Positions 1 through 10,100 of a DNA stretch of 64,000 nucleotides are shown piece by piece. The translations under genes were made by a program, and so were the position numbers. Source of the DNA: Tetramitus jugosus (taxonomy: Eukaryota > Protista > Heterolobosea); NCBI GenBank assembly GCA_937625935.1, contig OW569390.1, positions 186,001-250,000 of the forward strand. Direction: 5' to 3'. The notes under the pieces were generated by a model. That model was not told the DNA's origin. It did no database searches and saw nothing but the letters and a program-made list of their open reading frames with translations. Positions within the stretch are counted from its first letter, which is position 1. Every line of letters begins with the position of its first letter.

Positions 1-704
1 CTCAGGGAATTTTGATTGGGGCATCTGCTTCGTTGGTCATGGTAATCTATCGCAGCTCTCGGCCTAGATTTCGTCTACTGGGTCGTCAACCTGGAACAAG
101 CATGTACAGAGAGAGCAAATCATCTCGATTACCAGTTATTGAATACCCAGGAGTGATCGTAGCTAGGTTTGAAGCCGACATGTATTTTGCCAATGTGGGT
201 TACTTTAAAGATCGAGTCAAGAGATTCATCAGAAGGTCGAAGTATCCAGTACATGTATTTGTGTTGGATTGTGCAGGTATCAACCAAGTGGACTCAACAG
301 CAATCGAAGCCATGAAAGAGATTCAACCTATTCTAGCAAAACAAGACATTGAATTCTATCTTGCTCAGGTGAAACCCAGCATTAGAGAGGTGCTTGACCG
401 CGGTGGTGCCAGTCACTTCATTTCAGCATTCTTTGAGGATTTGCACGATGCAGTGGTGCAGGCAGATGCCAAAACCAAGGAAAACGTGTCGTTTGCGGCA
501 ACACAAAAGGCAAAGGCATCCAATGATCATGTTGAGCCAACTAGCACTTCCATTGATATCGCGTCCTCAATGTCAAACACTGCGAGTTCTTCTGTGCTCG
601 ACCAATCTCCAAGTGCCAATCACACAAGCATTGAAATGATTGAGATAGCAAAAGACAACACCAATTCTTCTGTCGAATTGGACAGTACCTCATCTGTTCC
701 GTAA
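1..704 (+). CDS. SLC26/SulP anion (sulfate) transporter, 3' part with STAS domain (5'-truncated by window edge)
   Basis: Last TM helix then RP..LGR.PGT..YR, PGVIVARFEADMYFAN..YFK and VLDCAGINQVDSTAIEAM: STAS-domain motifs of SulP transporters. Confidence 0.9.
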   Translation, partial: QGILIGASASLVMVIYRSSRPRFRLLGRQPGTSMYRESKSSRLPVIEYPGVIVARFEADMYFANVGYFKDRVKRFIRRSKYPVHVFVLDCAGINQVDSTAIEAMKEIQPILAKQDIEFYLAQVKPSIREVLDRGGASHFISAFFEDLHDAVVQADAKTKENVSFAATQKAKASNDHVEPTSTSIDIASSMSNTASSSVLDQSPSANHTSIEMIEIAKDNTNSSVELDSTSSVP

Positions 705-787
705 AGTCGTCGACCAGCAAACCCAAAAATAAATCAGCATTTCGCGCCAATCCAAAAACCCGCCCAAAAAAACCAAATCAGAGAGTG

Positions 788-2533
788 ATGCACAGGAATT
801 CATTCAAGACACCAGAAGGCACCTATCAGGTTGATCTACACTTGAGATTGCATGCGATCAATGGTGGAGCAAAACCACTGTACCAAAAATCAAGGAGTCA
901 ACTCCGAGCGATCCACATTGACCTCGTTGATTCTCAATTTTTGGCGCCAAATCAATCTCCGCTCCCCACTACAACAACTGCCAGCACGCCAACCATCACA
1001 AAATCAACTTCTCAATCAAAGCTCGCATCATCATCCAACAACAACAACAATAATAATAATATCCTGCCACCAAAATTCAATCCATGCAGTGTCTATCTAA
1101 CAGTCAACACTGTAGACAACAAAGTGTTTTGTCATGATTTACTTGATTTGCTTTCATCAGTAACCAATAGCAACAATCACACTAATAACACTACTAATAC
1201 TACAAAAACAACTACTACTACTACGAACACTAATACGACTACAACGAGTGCTACAAATCAAAAAAAACACAACAAGAATCATCATCAAGAAGTATGGATC
1301 GATCAATTGTCATGTGATGTAGCACCTTGTTGTCATAAGCTCAGTGTTCAAGATTTGATCCAAAAGAAGACGTTGAATATTTTGATTGGTTTCATCAATG
1401 GAAGCATTGCCATTCACAATGCAATCACCAAGAAGAATTTAATTTTTAATCAAAAGGGAAACATTGATTCAACAATGGTCAAATGTGTACAATGGTGTCA
1501 CTCTCATATGTTGACTAATAGTAATACTGCTAGTAATACTACTAGTAATAGTAGTAATAGTAGTACTAGTAGTAGTAGTCATGGGAATAGTAGTAAGAAT
1601 AGTAACAATAGTAGTCAAACAACTGAAAATGCTTTAAGTGTCAAAAATATGAGTGCCGGAAGTTTTTTGGTGGCTCATCACAGTGGAAACATGTATTTAT
1701 ATCACAGATCATATTCTGATGTGACAACGACGACTGGAGAAGTGGTGCAATCAAATCTTGCTTCGTCTGCTGCGAACAATGCATTATCGAGTCAAAGTAT
1801 GACTGACAGTGAATATTCATATAGTCGGTCTAGGGTGCCCAACACGAATCCAATTGCCAAATTTCACGTATCCAACAGTCCATTGAACGATATTCAAGTG
1901 TCGATTGATGGCAAGTTTGTGGCTGTGGCGTGCAATAATGGATATTTGAAGGTGATTGAGATTCAGAGTGGAAAATTAGTGGTGTGCTTCCGGTCTTACT
2001 TTGGTGCATTTACTTGTTGCAGTTGGAGCCCCGATATGAAGTATATTGTGGCTGGTAGTGAAGATGATTTAATATCTGTGTTTGATTGGAAGAGAAAGAG
2101 TATTGTGGCTCGAGGAATAGGTCACACTTCCTATGTGTCTGCTGTTGTGTTTGATCCGGTCGAGTGTGATCACGAACATTATCGAGTTTTGTCTGTGGGA
2201 GATGATTGTAAGCTCATTTTGTGGGACATTGAAAAGATGAGTGATGAGGAGGCGTTTGGTTTCAATATTGACCAAGAACAACAAAAAATCAGCAAAGAAA
2301 CGAGGGTCATGGTGCCTAGTTTGTCCATGGATGAAGTGCCCACGTTTGATCCCGTGCAAATCCATAGAGCACATGATGAACCGATTCGGGATCTAACGGT
2401 TTTCGACTTGGGGATAGTGACAGTGTGCAATAGAGGTGTGATTAAATTTTGGGTTCGGCCAAAGGCAATGGAAGAAGATGAGGAAAGTGAAACTTCTCAA
2501 GAAATGATCCACAAAATGGATGACAATATATAA
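788..2533 (+). CDS. WDR20: WDR20/DMWD/CreC-like WD40 protein (USP12/46 deubiquitinase activator family)
   Basis: N-terminal FKTPEG.Y; SYFGAFTCCSWSPDMKYIVAGSEDDL, VARGIGHTSYVSAVVFDP, YRVLSVGDDCKLILWD. First ATG at 788; N/T/S low-complexity inserts. Confidence 0.85.
   Translation: MHRNSFKTPEGTYQVDLHLRLHAINGGAKPLYQKSRSQLRAIHIDLVDSQFLAPNQSPLPTTTTASTPTITKSTSQSKLASSSNNNNNNNNILPPKFNPCSVYLTVNTVDNKVFCHDLLDLLSSVTNSNNHTNNTTNTTKTTTTTTNTNTTTTSATNQKKHNKNHHQEVWIDQLSCDVAPCCHKLSVQDLIQKKTLNILIGFINGSIAIHNAITKKNLIFNQKGNIDSTMVKCVQWCHSHMLTNSNTASNTTSNSSNSSTSSSSHGNSSKNSNNSSQTTENALSVKNMSAGSFLVAHHSGNMYLYHRSYSDVTTTTGEVVQSNLASSAANNALSSQSMTDSEYSYSRSRVPNTNPIAKFHVSNSPLNDIQVSIDGKFVAVACNNGYLKVIEIQSGKLVVCFRSYFGAFTCCSWSPDMKYIVAGSEDDLISVFDWKRKSIVARGIGHTSYVSAVVFDPVECDHEHYRVLSVGDDCKLILWDIEKMSDEEAFGFNIDQEQQKISKETRVMVPSLSMDEVPTFDPVQIHRAHDEPIRDLTVFDLGIVTVCNRGVIKFWVRPKAMEEDEESETSQEMIHKMDDNI
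1160..1620 (+). repeat. Coding trinucleotide microsatellites (ACT/AAC/AGT/AAT) encoding T/N/S tracts
   Basis: Visible (act)n and (agt)n runs within the WDR20 ORF. Confidence 0.8.
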
Positions 2534-2664
2534 ATTCAAGGCTTCAAAGTATCGTACAAGATTCTTTCAATTAATTTGACTTGTATCTTATTATGAACAG
2601 ATGAAACTCCATCTTTGAGGACAGATTCATTGTTAAATTGAGTGGTACATTACTTGAGGACCAC

Positions 2665-3588
2665 CTATTCTTCTGGGTTCGCAACTCTTCCAATTCTGTT
2701 AATGTTTCTGCCGATTCTCTCCTGCAGAGTATGGCCACTATCAAGATAGGCCTGTGATTTTACCTTGTTCAAAAATTGTGCATTCGTAGCATCTTGGTTC
2801 GTATCTCTCAATGCTTCGTGCTCCAATTTCTTCTCTTTCTGTCGTGTGTGCAAATCCTGCAATCGGTTTTGTTGATTGGCTTGTCCGTCTTGCATCATTG
2901 TTTCAAGTGCACGTTTCCGCTCCTCTTCAGACATTCTTGAATAAGACGATGACGAAGAAGAAGAAGAGGAATAATTTCTGCTACTGTCTCTTCGATAATA
3001 GGAATCATCATCATAGTGACGCTTACTGCGAGAATACTTGTCTTCCTTTCTTTCCTTTCGTTCTCTTGTTCGTTCATCCTTTTCCTCTCGTTTCCTTTCT
3101 CGCTTCCTTCTCTTGTATTCCTTGTCACTTTCCGTTTCGCTTTCGCTACTGCCACGTTCGTGTCGTTTTCTTTTCTTGCTGTTGAGCAACTCCTTTTCTT
3201 TTTTCTCCTTTTTTCTTTGTTTTTTCTTCTCCTTTTCTTTTTGTTCAATTGCCTTCTTCAATTTTTCTCTTTCAAGCACTTGCTTGAGTTGGGAGAGCTG
3301 AGAAGCTTTGACAGCAGTCATTGGGTCTTTCTTAATTTGAGAGAGGATGTCTCTGGAAGCACCGATTGGCGCCTGTTGCTGCTGCAGAAAGTTAGCACCG
3401 GGCATTTGTTGCTTTTTTATCCGATCGTAGTCGTCTTCGTGTTTCTCCGATATTAGCTGAGAAACTTTTTTGTGACCAAGAAGGTATTCATCAAGGTTAT
3501 TCTCTCGTTTGAGGTCCTCTGGATTGGTGTACATCCAGTTCATTGACTGTTGTTCATCATCACGATCGTTGTTGTTTCGATCTTTCAT
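2665..3588 (-). CDS. CWC25: Pre-mRNA splicing factor Cwc25-like (apparently lacking the N-terminal segment)
   Basis: MNWMY...DEYLLG, KKDPMTAVK, K/R/E-rich middle, MSEEERKRALETMMQD and C-terminal LQERIGRN, typical of Cwc25/CCDC49. Confidence 0.75.
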   Translation of the reverse strand: MKDRNNNDRDDEQQSMNWMYTNPEDLKRENNLDEYLLGHKKVSQLISEKHEDDYDRIKKQQMPGANFLQQQQAPIGASRDILSQIKKDPMTAVKASQLSQLKQVLEREKLKKAIEQKEKEKKKQRKKEKKEKELLNSKKRKRHERGSSESETESDKEYKRRKRERKREEKDERTRERKERKEDKYSRSKRHYDDDSYYRRDSSRNYSSSSSSSSSYSRMSEEERKRALETMMQDGQANQQNRLQDLHTRQKEKKLEHEALRDTNQDATNAQFLNKVKSQAYLDSGHTLQERIGRNINRIGRVANPEE

Positions 3589-3733
3589 TTCGCGCGTTTT
3601 TTTTCTTTGAGTGTTTCCGTTGAGAGTTCAGCGATTGCGTTGAACTTATTTTTCCATATTTTAGGATTGACTGGCCACTGAAGTGCAGGTCATAAGTAAT
3701 TTGTCATTGGTCAACTTTTGCTTCTAGAAAATA

Positions 3734-5668
3734 ATGAAGGTGAAAAGAATGAAAGAAAGAATGGAAGATAATCGTCCTTCGTCATTGAGAGAACTGATAA
3801 GAGAACGAAGGATGAAGAAAGAGAAAGGGTCCAGAAACCAAGAGATTGAGATTCTAGAGTCCAAAGTTAGAGCAGCGGGGAAGATAATAACACCAAAGCA
3901 CCTTCAGCAAGATGAACTAGGAGATTGGGTCACTATTACTAGTGATTCTGATGACGGTTCATTTGTCATAAAGGAAAAGATCCTGTTGACCGCTTCCCAG
4001 CTCGTTCAGAGAACTATGAGTTTACATTGCTTGGAGAGAAGGAGAAAAGAGATTCGTTTACCCTTTAATTCCAATATCATAGAATTCATGCTTGGATACA
4101 TGACGGCTGACTACGTTCTGAATGGTGCAACTCAAGGTAATAATGGAGCAAGGCAGAGAATTGCCGTTGAACTGAAACCACAGTATGTCCTAGAGATGCT
4201 CATGGCGAGTGAGTACTTGGAGGTGGATGAATTTAGTGAACTTATCTGTTCGATGTTAGCTGATCACATTGGTGACATTCCTTCTTTTGAAGGGATTTCT
4301 CCTGAGTCTCTAGCAAGAATTTTGTCAAAAGTCAACCCGTTTACTCTCTGTGAATGGGAGCTCAGACCTGATACTCAAGAGATTGAATTTGATACTTCCG
4401 ATTTGTGGACAAAGCACTATGAACTACTACTCGGTAAGTCTGCAGATGATGAATCAGTAGATTTTAAACGATTATCTCTTGAAAGATCGTTTCAGGAGAG
4501 ATTGGCTGTTGGAGGGAGTCATAAAATGTTGATACTTGACCTAGCCAACATTACTGGTACTTATGTCCATCAACTTCATTTGGATTTAGCAGTGTTTAAA
4601 GGAACAAACATCGATATGGAACAATTCTTTCATTTACTGCCCAACCTAAACCAACTGTCATTGAGCGGCAACATTCAACACTTTGACCTATTGGCCTCAA
4701 ATATCGCAAAGGGTATTTCTAAGAACACAATAAGATGTTTTAAGTTGACGAACAGCAGAATTACACCACAACAGCTGAGGCTCGTTCTCACACCAATGTA
4801 TCGGACCTTGGAGAGTTTAGTATTGTCAGGAAATAAGTTAAATTCAGAAATTGGACAAATAGTTGCTGAGTTCCTTGTGGTAGCTAAATCGTTATCGTAT
4901 CTTGACCTCTCTTCCAATGATCTTCAAGACTTAAGGAACTTTCCAACGAAAAGAGTGGACCAGAAAGATAACGATGGAATTAACAGTATTTTGTTTGAAC
5001 TCATGAATTGCAAGAGTTTGAAGATCTTGAATATGAGCGATTATGGCTTATGTTGTGATAACCTGAAGAAAGAGAGTTTGGCAAGTTTGGCAGAATCAAG
5101 TCTGACAACTCTGAACCTCAGTTACAACTCGCTATTCTCGTCCCAATTTTCTGAAAACGCGAGAATGTTTTGGGCAGCCTTAGCCACAATGAAGGATCTT
5201 TCCCGTTTACAATTGTCAGAGTGTGGGTTGAAAGGGAATCAAGTGAAAGATATGGCATTATTTTTGGATCCCCTTCACTTCCCCGCAACCCGCTTGAAAC
5301 ATCTTGATCTATCTAGTAATATGATTACTGAGAATTGTCAGTCAGCTTTGGTGAAATTGATCGCCAATCATCCACTTGAAAGTTTAGATCTCTCACAAAA
5401 TGACTTAGCTAGATCCCTGGACAAGCTATCTACAGCATTATGCATCCATCCATCACTGAGAGATGTTTCTTTCCGATTATTACAATATCCATCTCGTCAC
5501 AGCACTCTGCATCTCATTGATGTAATCACTTCTTGTGCCTCATGCAAACTTGAGAGACTTGATATCTACAACAACTATCCCACTGAAAGAGAGTCAGAAA
5601 TTGTCGAGTTCAACAGACAGTACAGCATTATGCAAGCCAGAAAACCTCAACTCAAGATACTCATTTGA
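3734..5668 (+). CDS. Elongin C-like domain + Elongin A-type box + RNI-like leucine-rich repeats
   Basis: DWVTITSDSDDGSFVIK...LKPQYVLEMLMASEYLEV (Skp1/EloC fold); LICSMLADHIGDIPSFEGISPESLARILSKV...DTSDLWTKHY (Elongin A-like); repeated LxxLxLSxN. Confidence 0.75.
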   Translation: MKVKRMKERMEDNRPSSLRELIRERRMKKEKGSRNQEIEILESKVRAAGKIITPKHLQQDELGDWVTITSDSDDGSFVIKEKILLTASQLVQRTMSLHCLERRRKEIRLPFNSNIIEFMLGYMTADYVLNGATQGNNGARQRIAVELKPQYVLEMLMASEYLEVDEFSELICSMLADHIGDIPSFEGISPESLARILSKVNPFTLCEWELRPDTQEIEFDTSDLWTKHYELLLGKSADDESVDFKRLSLERSFQERLAVGGSHKMLILDLANITGTYVHQLHLDLAVFKGTNIDMEQFFHLLPNLNQLSLSGNIQHFDLLASNIAKGISKNTIRCFKLTNSRITPQQLRLVLTPMYRTLESLVLSGNKLNSEIGQIVAEFLVVAKSLSYLDLSSNDLQDLRNFPTKRVDQKDNDGINSILFELMNCKSLKILNMSDYGLCCDNLKKESLASLAESSLTTLNLSYNSLFSSQFSENARMFWAALATMKDLSRLQLSECGLKGNQVKDMALFLDPLHFPATRLKHLDLSSNMITENCQSALVKLIANHPLESLDLSQNDLARSLDKLSTALCIHPSLRDVSFRLLQYPSRHSTLHLIDVITSCASCKLERLDIYNNYPTERESEIVEFNRQYSIMQARKPQLKILI

Positions 5669-5772
5669 TCATTGAAAATTTTCTCAGAGATCATTGGAGG
5701 AATTGTTTCAAACACAATAAATAGTGTTCCTTACCGTCCATTACCAGTAGTTGTGCAGTAGATTGGAATTCC

Positions 5773-7152
5773 ATGAATAGTTCCAAGAAAAGAACTGTGT
5801 TCCAGAAAATCAGAAAAAAACAACAAAGCAGAATGAACTCTTCATTTGCAGATCAAGAAACACTGACCCATCGAACGATACCCGGAACAACTGTTCTTCT
5901 TGGTCTTGGTAGTTGCTCATATGGTGAACTCTGGACAGGTGAAGAACTGAACAAATTGAAGCCAATCGGGCGTGAATTTGACCAGGATGTTCCTGTCACG
6001 GAATTGGAGCTTCAAAATGATGGGTACACTGTGAAACACAATGATGTTCAATGGTTGACAACTGCAGGTCAAAGGTACATTAAACAAGTTGCATGTGGTT
6101 CATTGCATGTCATCTTGCTGGAATTCAATGGTAGGTGTTGGGCACTGGGTGATAACGATGATGGGCAGTTGGGACTGGGACATCGATCCAAAGTAAAGTA
6201 TCCCACGTTGATTCGTGGTGATATAAAGAATGTGCAAATTGAGTCTATTGATGTCGGAGGATGGTTCTCTGCCTTCTTGAGTGTCACGGGTCAGGTGTTC
6301 ACTTGTGGTAATATTGGTCGTTTGTTTTGGGATGAGGCAACCCAGAGTACATTCAAAGCAGAGCGATTCAATCTTCAAGCAACGCAGTACATTCCAAGAG
6401 CAGTATTGATGGATCCAGAACATACACACCAAGTCAGCAAGATGGGATGTGGCAATCGATTTCTGCTCATGCAAGATCTATACACCATGAATCTGTATAA
6501 AGTGGGAGATTCAAGGTATCGTGCGGCACAGGCAGGAAATAATACTGTGGATCCATATCCTTCACTCTTGCATTACATTCATCCTGATTCGCTCTATAGG
6601 ATTCCCATCAATTTTCAATGCAAGAAAATTGATGCTGGAGAGAATTTTTCAGTTCTTTTGGACTATCAAGGCAGTTTGTTTGCGGCAACACAAGAGGACT
6701 ATGAACGTCAAGAATATTTCCATAGTCAAAAGATTCATGTAATTGATGTGTGTTGCTCCTGGGCTCAATATATTGTTCTGGATGTCCGTGGATTTGCTCA
6801 TATAGGCAGTCCTGCTCACGCAGAGAAAGTGATTACTTTGCACTCGTTAGGGTTCGTGAATCAAATTGGTTCTGGCAATGTCAACATGTACGTTCGGTCT
6901 GATAAGCGCGTGTACAAGATCCATGAAAGACCGACACAAGATGTCGTGGCACCAGCACTATTAGAATTTGAGACCGAGATTGATCGAGAAGAAACAGCAT
7001 TTATTAAGTTGACAGGCTCATATTTCACTACAATGCTCCATCAAGCAGTTGTGAAGCGCTCAACATTGATGTTCAACATCAATTCGTTGCGTCTAAAACA
7101 ACTTTTGTGCGATGTTAGCGTCATCTGTAACAACTATGAACAGATAAAATAG
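5773..7152 (+). CDS. RCC1/BLIP-II repeat protein
   Basis: QVACGSLHVILL..NGRCWALGDNDDGQLGLG, IDVGGWFSAFL, IDAGENFSVLL. Confidence 0.85.
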   Translation: MNSSKKRTVFQKIRKKQQSRMNSSFADQETLTHRTIPGTTVLLGLGSCSYGELWTGEELNKLKPIGREFDQDVPVTELELQNDGYTVKHNDVQWLTTAGQRYIKQVACGSLHVILLEFNGRCWALGDNDDGQLGLGHRSKVKYPTLIRGDIKNVQIESIDVGGWFSAFLSVTGQVFTCGNIGRLFWDEATQSTFKAERFNLQATQYIPRAVLMDPEHTHQVSKMGCGNRFLLMQDLYTMNLYKVGDSRYRAAQAGNNTVDPYPSLLHYIHPDSLYRIPINFQCKKIDAGENFSVLLDYQGSLFAATQEDYERQEYFHSQKIHVIDVCCSWAQYIVLDVRGFAHIGSPAHAEKVITLHSLGFVNQIGSGNVNMYVRSDKRVYKIHERPTQDVVAPALLEFETEIDREETAFIKLTGSYFTTMLHQAVVKRSTLMFNINSLRLKQLLCDVSVICNNYEQIK

Positions 7153-7186
7153 TTGTTGTAATCGAGAAGGTTGAGTTTATAGTACA

Positions 7187-10100
7187 TTACTTAGTGGGTG
7201 CTGTCAATCCCTCATCCAGACCACCAACATTGGCTAGTTCATAGCTCAACATCCGAATTTTTTTGTAACGAGCATATTCCTCAGTGCTTGTCAATCGAAT
7301 GAATGTGTCAGATATGTTGGTCATTGTTTCATTGAAGAGTGACAACAGAGCCTCTTCAGCATCCGAAGCAGACAAATCATTATTTTTCATTCCCTTTTGC
7401 ATTAATTTCTTTGTTTTGTTCGGCACATTGCACTCATAGGCACAACCTGACTCAAGGAACTCTGAATAAATTTCATTCATCATATCAACTCTCTGTTGAG
7501 TGGAGATGATCATGTTCTGAGGACGCACGTCTTCTAACTTTTTCCACAGGAGCAAATTTTCCAAGGCAAACTCCTTTTCAGCGAATGTTGAAAACACTTT
7601 GTATCCGAGTTCGTCCCTCAATATATCCAAGAGTTCGACCTCAACCGAACTGGCACCATTCTTAATATCTTTGAGCAACTCTCTCATTTCGGATACTCGT
7701 TGATACACTTCGAGAGATGATTGATAATTGATAAGACTGGAGAGCAAGGTGAAACCTCCGAAAGCATTCATTCTGAACAAAATATATAACATATCGAATA
7801 TGAACTCTCCAATCTTGAGAGGTGAGTTTGGTTGAGCTGATGAATCCAATCGATCAGCAATACCAAATATGTAGGAGATAATCATCATTGTCATTGCCAA
7901 TGCCATGAATATGGATTCAGATCTGAACAATAATGGATCATCTTTGGAGAAATGTGTGAAGAATGTGGTTGCCACTGACTTTAGAGCAGCCGTTTCCACT
8001 GACGAACCCTCTTCAGTATTCTGCTTGTCCTTGCCATATCTTACATGAAGTCTTCTGCCCATAACCACAGTGACGTCCCAGATGAAAACCAAAACAATCA
8101 ACACTGCAAAACAGAATGACATGATTGAGAATGATAGAGCATTGATGATAGAAGCAACATTGGGTACGATGACTCTCGTTGGTTCCAAAATTGACAAGAT
8201 GACGAAGTAAGCACATGAAATGACAAACACTGTGATGCCCAGAGCAACATAAACCAGTTTCGATGAAATCAATCTCAATATCCTCATGTACTTCTTGGCT
8301 GATTTGTCATTGCTTTCTTTTGCCATGATCGAATACAAGTGCTTCAAAAAGAAGAATCGAATCATCTGCCACAAATAAATGAACAATGACAAAAGAACAA
8401 GTGGATTAACAATTGTCAATATCAAATATGCCAAGCTGTTCACTCCTTTGAAGTCTTTTGAACTGTTCGCTGATATCAATAATGAGTTTCTGATGATTCC
8501 ATTCAATACACACTCAATTAGAATGGCTCCAAGTCCAATCAATGGAGCCAGAAATCTTGACTTGATTGGTTGAGTGTTTCGCCACCAAATTGACATTACG
8601 ATCAACACAAATGATATCAGAGCAAATATCGAATACATGATGATCCATGCAATATACAGTCCATCAGATGCCTTGTTAGGTTTCTTGGGATCATAGATGA
8701 TCATTGATGTGAAACTTGTTGTGTGATTGCAATGACACACAATGTTTAAGTCGTCGAATTGAGCAAGCCAACAACCATCTGTTTGCCAAGTGTTGTTACT
8801 CGTTTCATCCAAGTATCGACATTCAAATACATAATCCAGTGGCAATACACTTGTATTGTCTCTCCTTAACACAATTTCAATTGGCTTCGTTAAGTTGACA
8901 AGCTTCACCTTCTCATTCATGTTCAAAATCTTGAAGATGACGATTGGTGAAGAGATATTCTGCCCATTATTTGACATTGCAAAAGGATTCATCTCTGCAT
9001 TGAAACTGACTGACTGAACTGTGAAAGTACTAATATCATCCAGTGAATCGATATCATCAGGAATCATCACTGAAACAAGAGAGTTGGAAATGGAAGCATT
9101 GCGAAGTGTCGATGCAGTATCAACTCGCACACTCACATCAAATGCATCTGTTGAAACAATAGTTTCATCCTCCAACACTAATTTGTCTCTTCCAATCAGG
9201 GTAACAAGTTGGGAAATGATATCCAGAGTCTTGTTACTCAAGCTGATAAATTGACCACTATAAATGTTGGATATGGCAGATGCCAATTGCTGCGTGTCAT
9301 TTGAACCAAGAGAAATATCAGAAGTCAAGCAACCATCAACAGCTATGTTCAGAATTGTCATTGACTTCTCAGCTGTTGAGAGTGAAAACAGAGAGTTGAA
9401 ACTTGATATCACATTAACAGTATTAATCTTTGAGACGACAAACTGCTCAGTGATGGAATCATTGCTGTTTTGAATCTCTTCCAAGGTATTGGTCAACATA
9501 AAATCAACAATTCCAGAATAAATATTTGTCATTTGTTGCATCGGAACAGTGTTATTGTTGCTAAGACGACCAACCGTTGCAGCAACAATGTTCAACACTG
9601 ATTCACCATTGTCTGTTCTGTTATCTGAGTTCAAACTTTGCAATAATAACTCAGCTTGATTGAGTTGCTCAATCGCACTCGCTTCAGAGCTGACATGAAT
9701 TGAAAACTCTGTCAATGATTCTCCTCCTTGTGAATTCTGAACTGTGCATCGAACTCTCAAATGAGAGCCGAAAGTAGGAAGCGCAGTACTTACAGTGCTG
9801 TAAATGGAGTAACCTTTCAGCGCCACAAATCTCTGAAGTACTTCATTGAAATAATCAAACGAGTAATACAATGGATACACTTCCAGAATGTCAGTGCATT
9901 AATCGATATCGTAAACAATGTTGAGAGAGCATTTCCACTCACTGGATCAAATGTGAAACCTTCAATGGTGGGTGGAGATGATGTTCTTGAAGTGACAGAA
10001 GCATAGGAAACAAGTTGGCCGAATGCAGCATTGCGATAATGGGCTCTAATCATGAAAGTATAACTGGTGTTGTACTTGAGCATGTTTTCTGGGAGAACCA

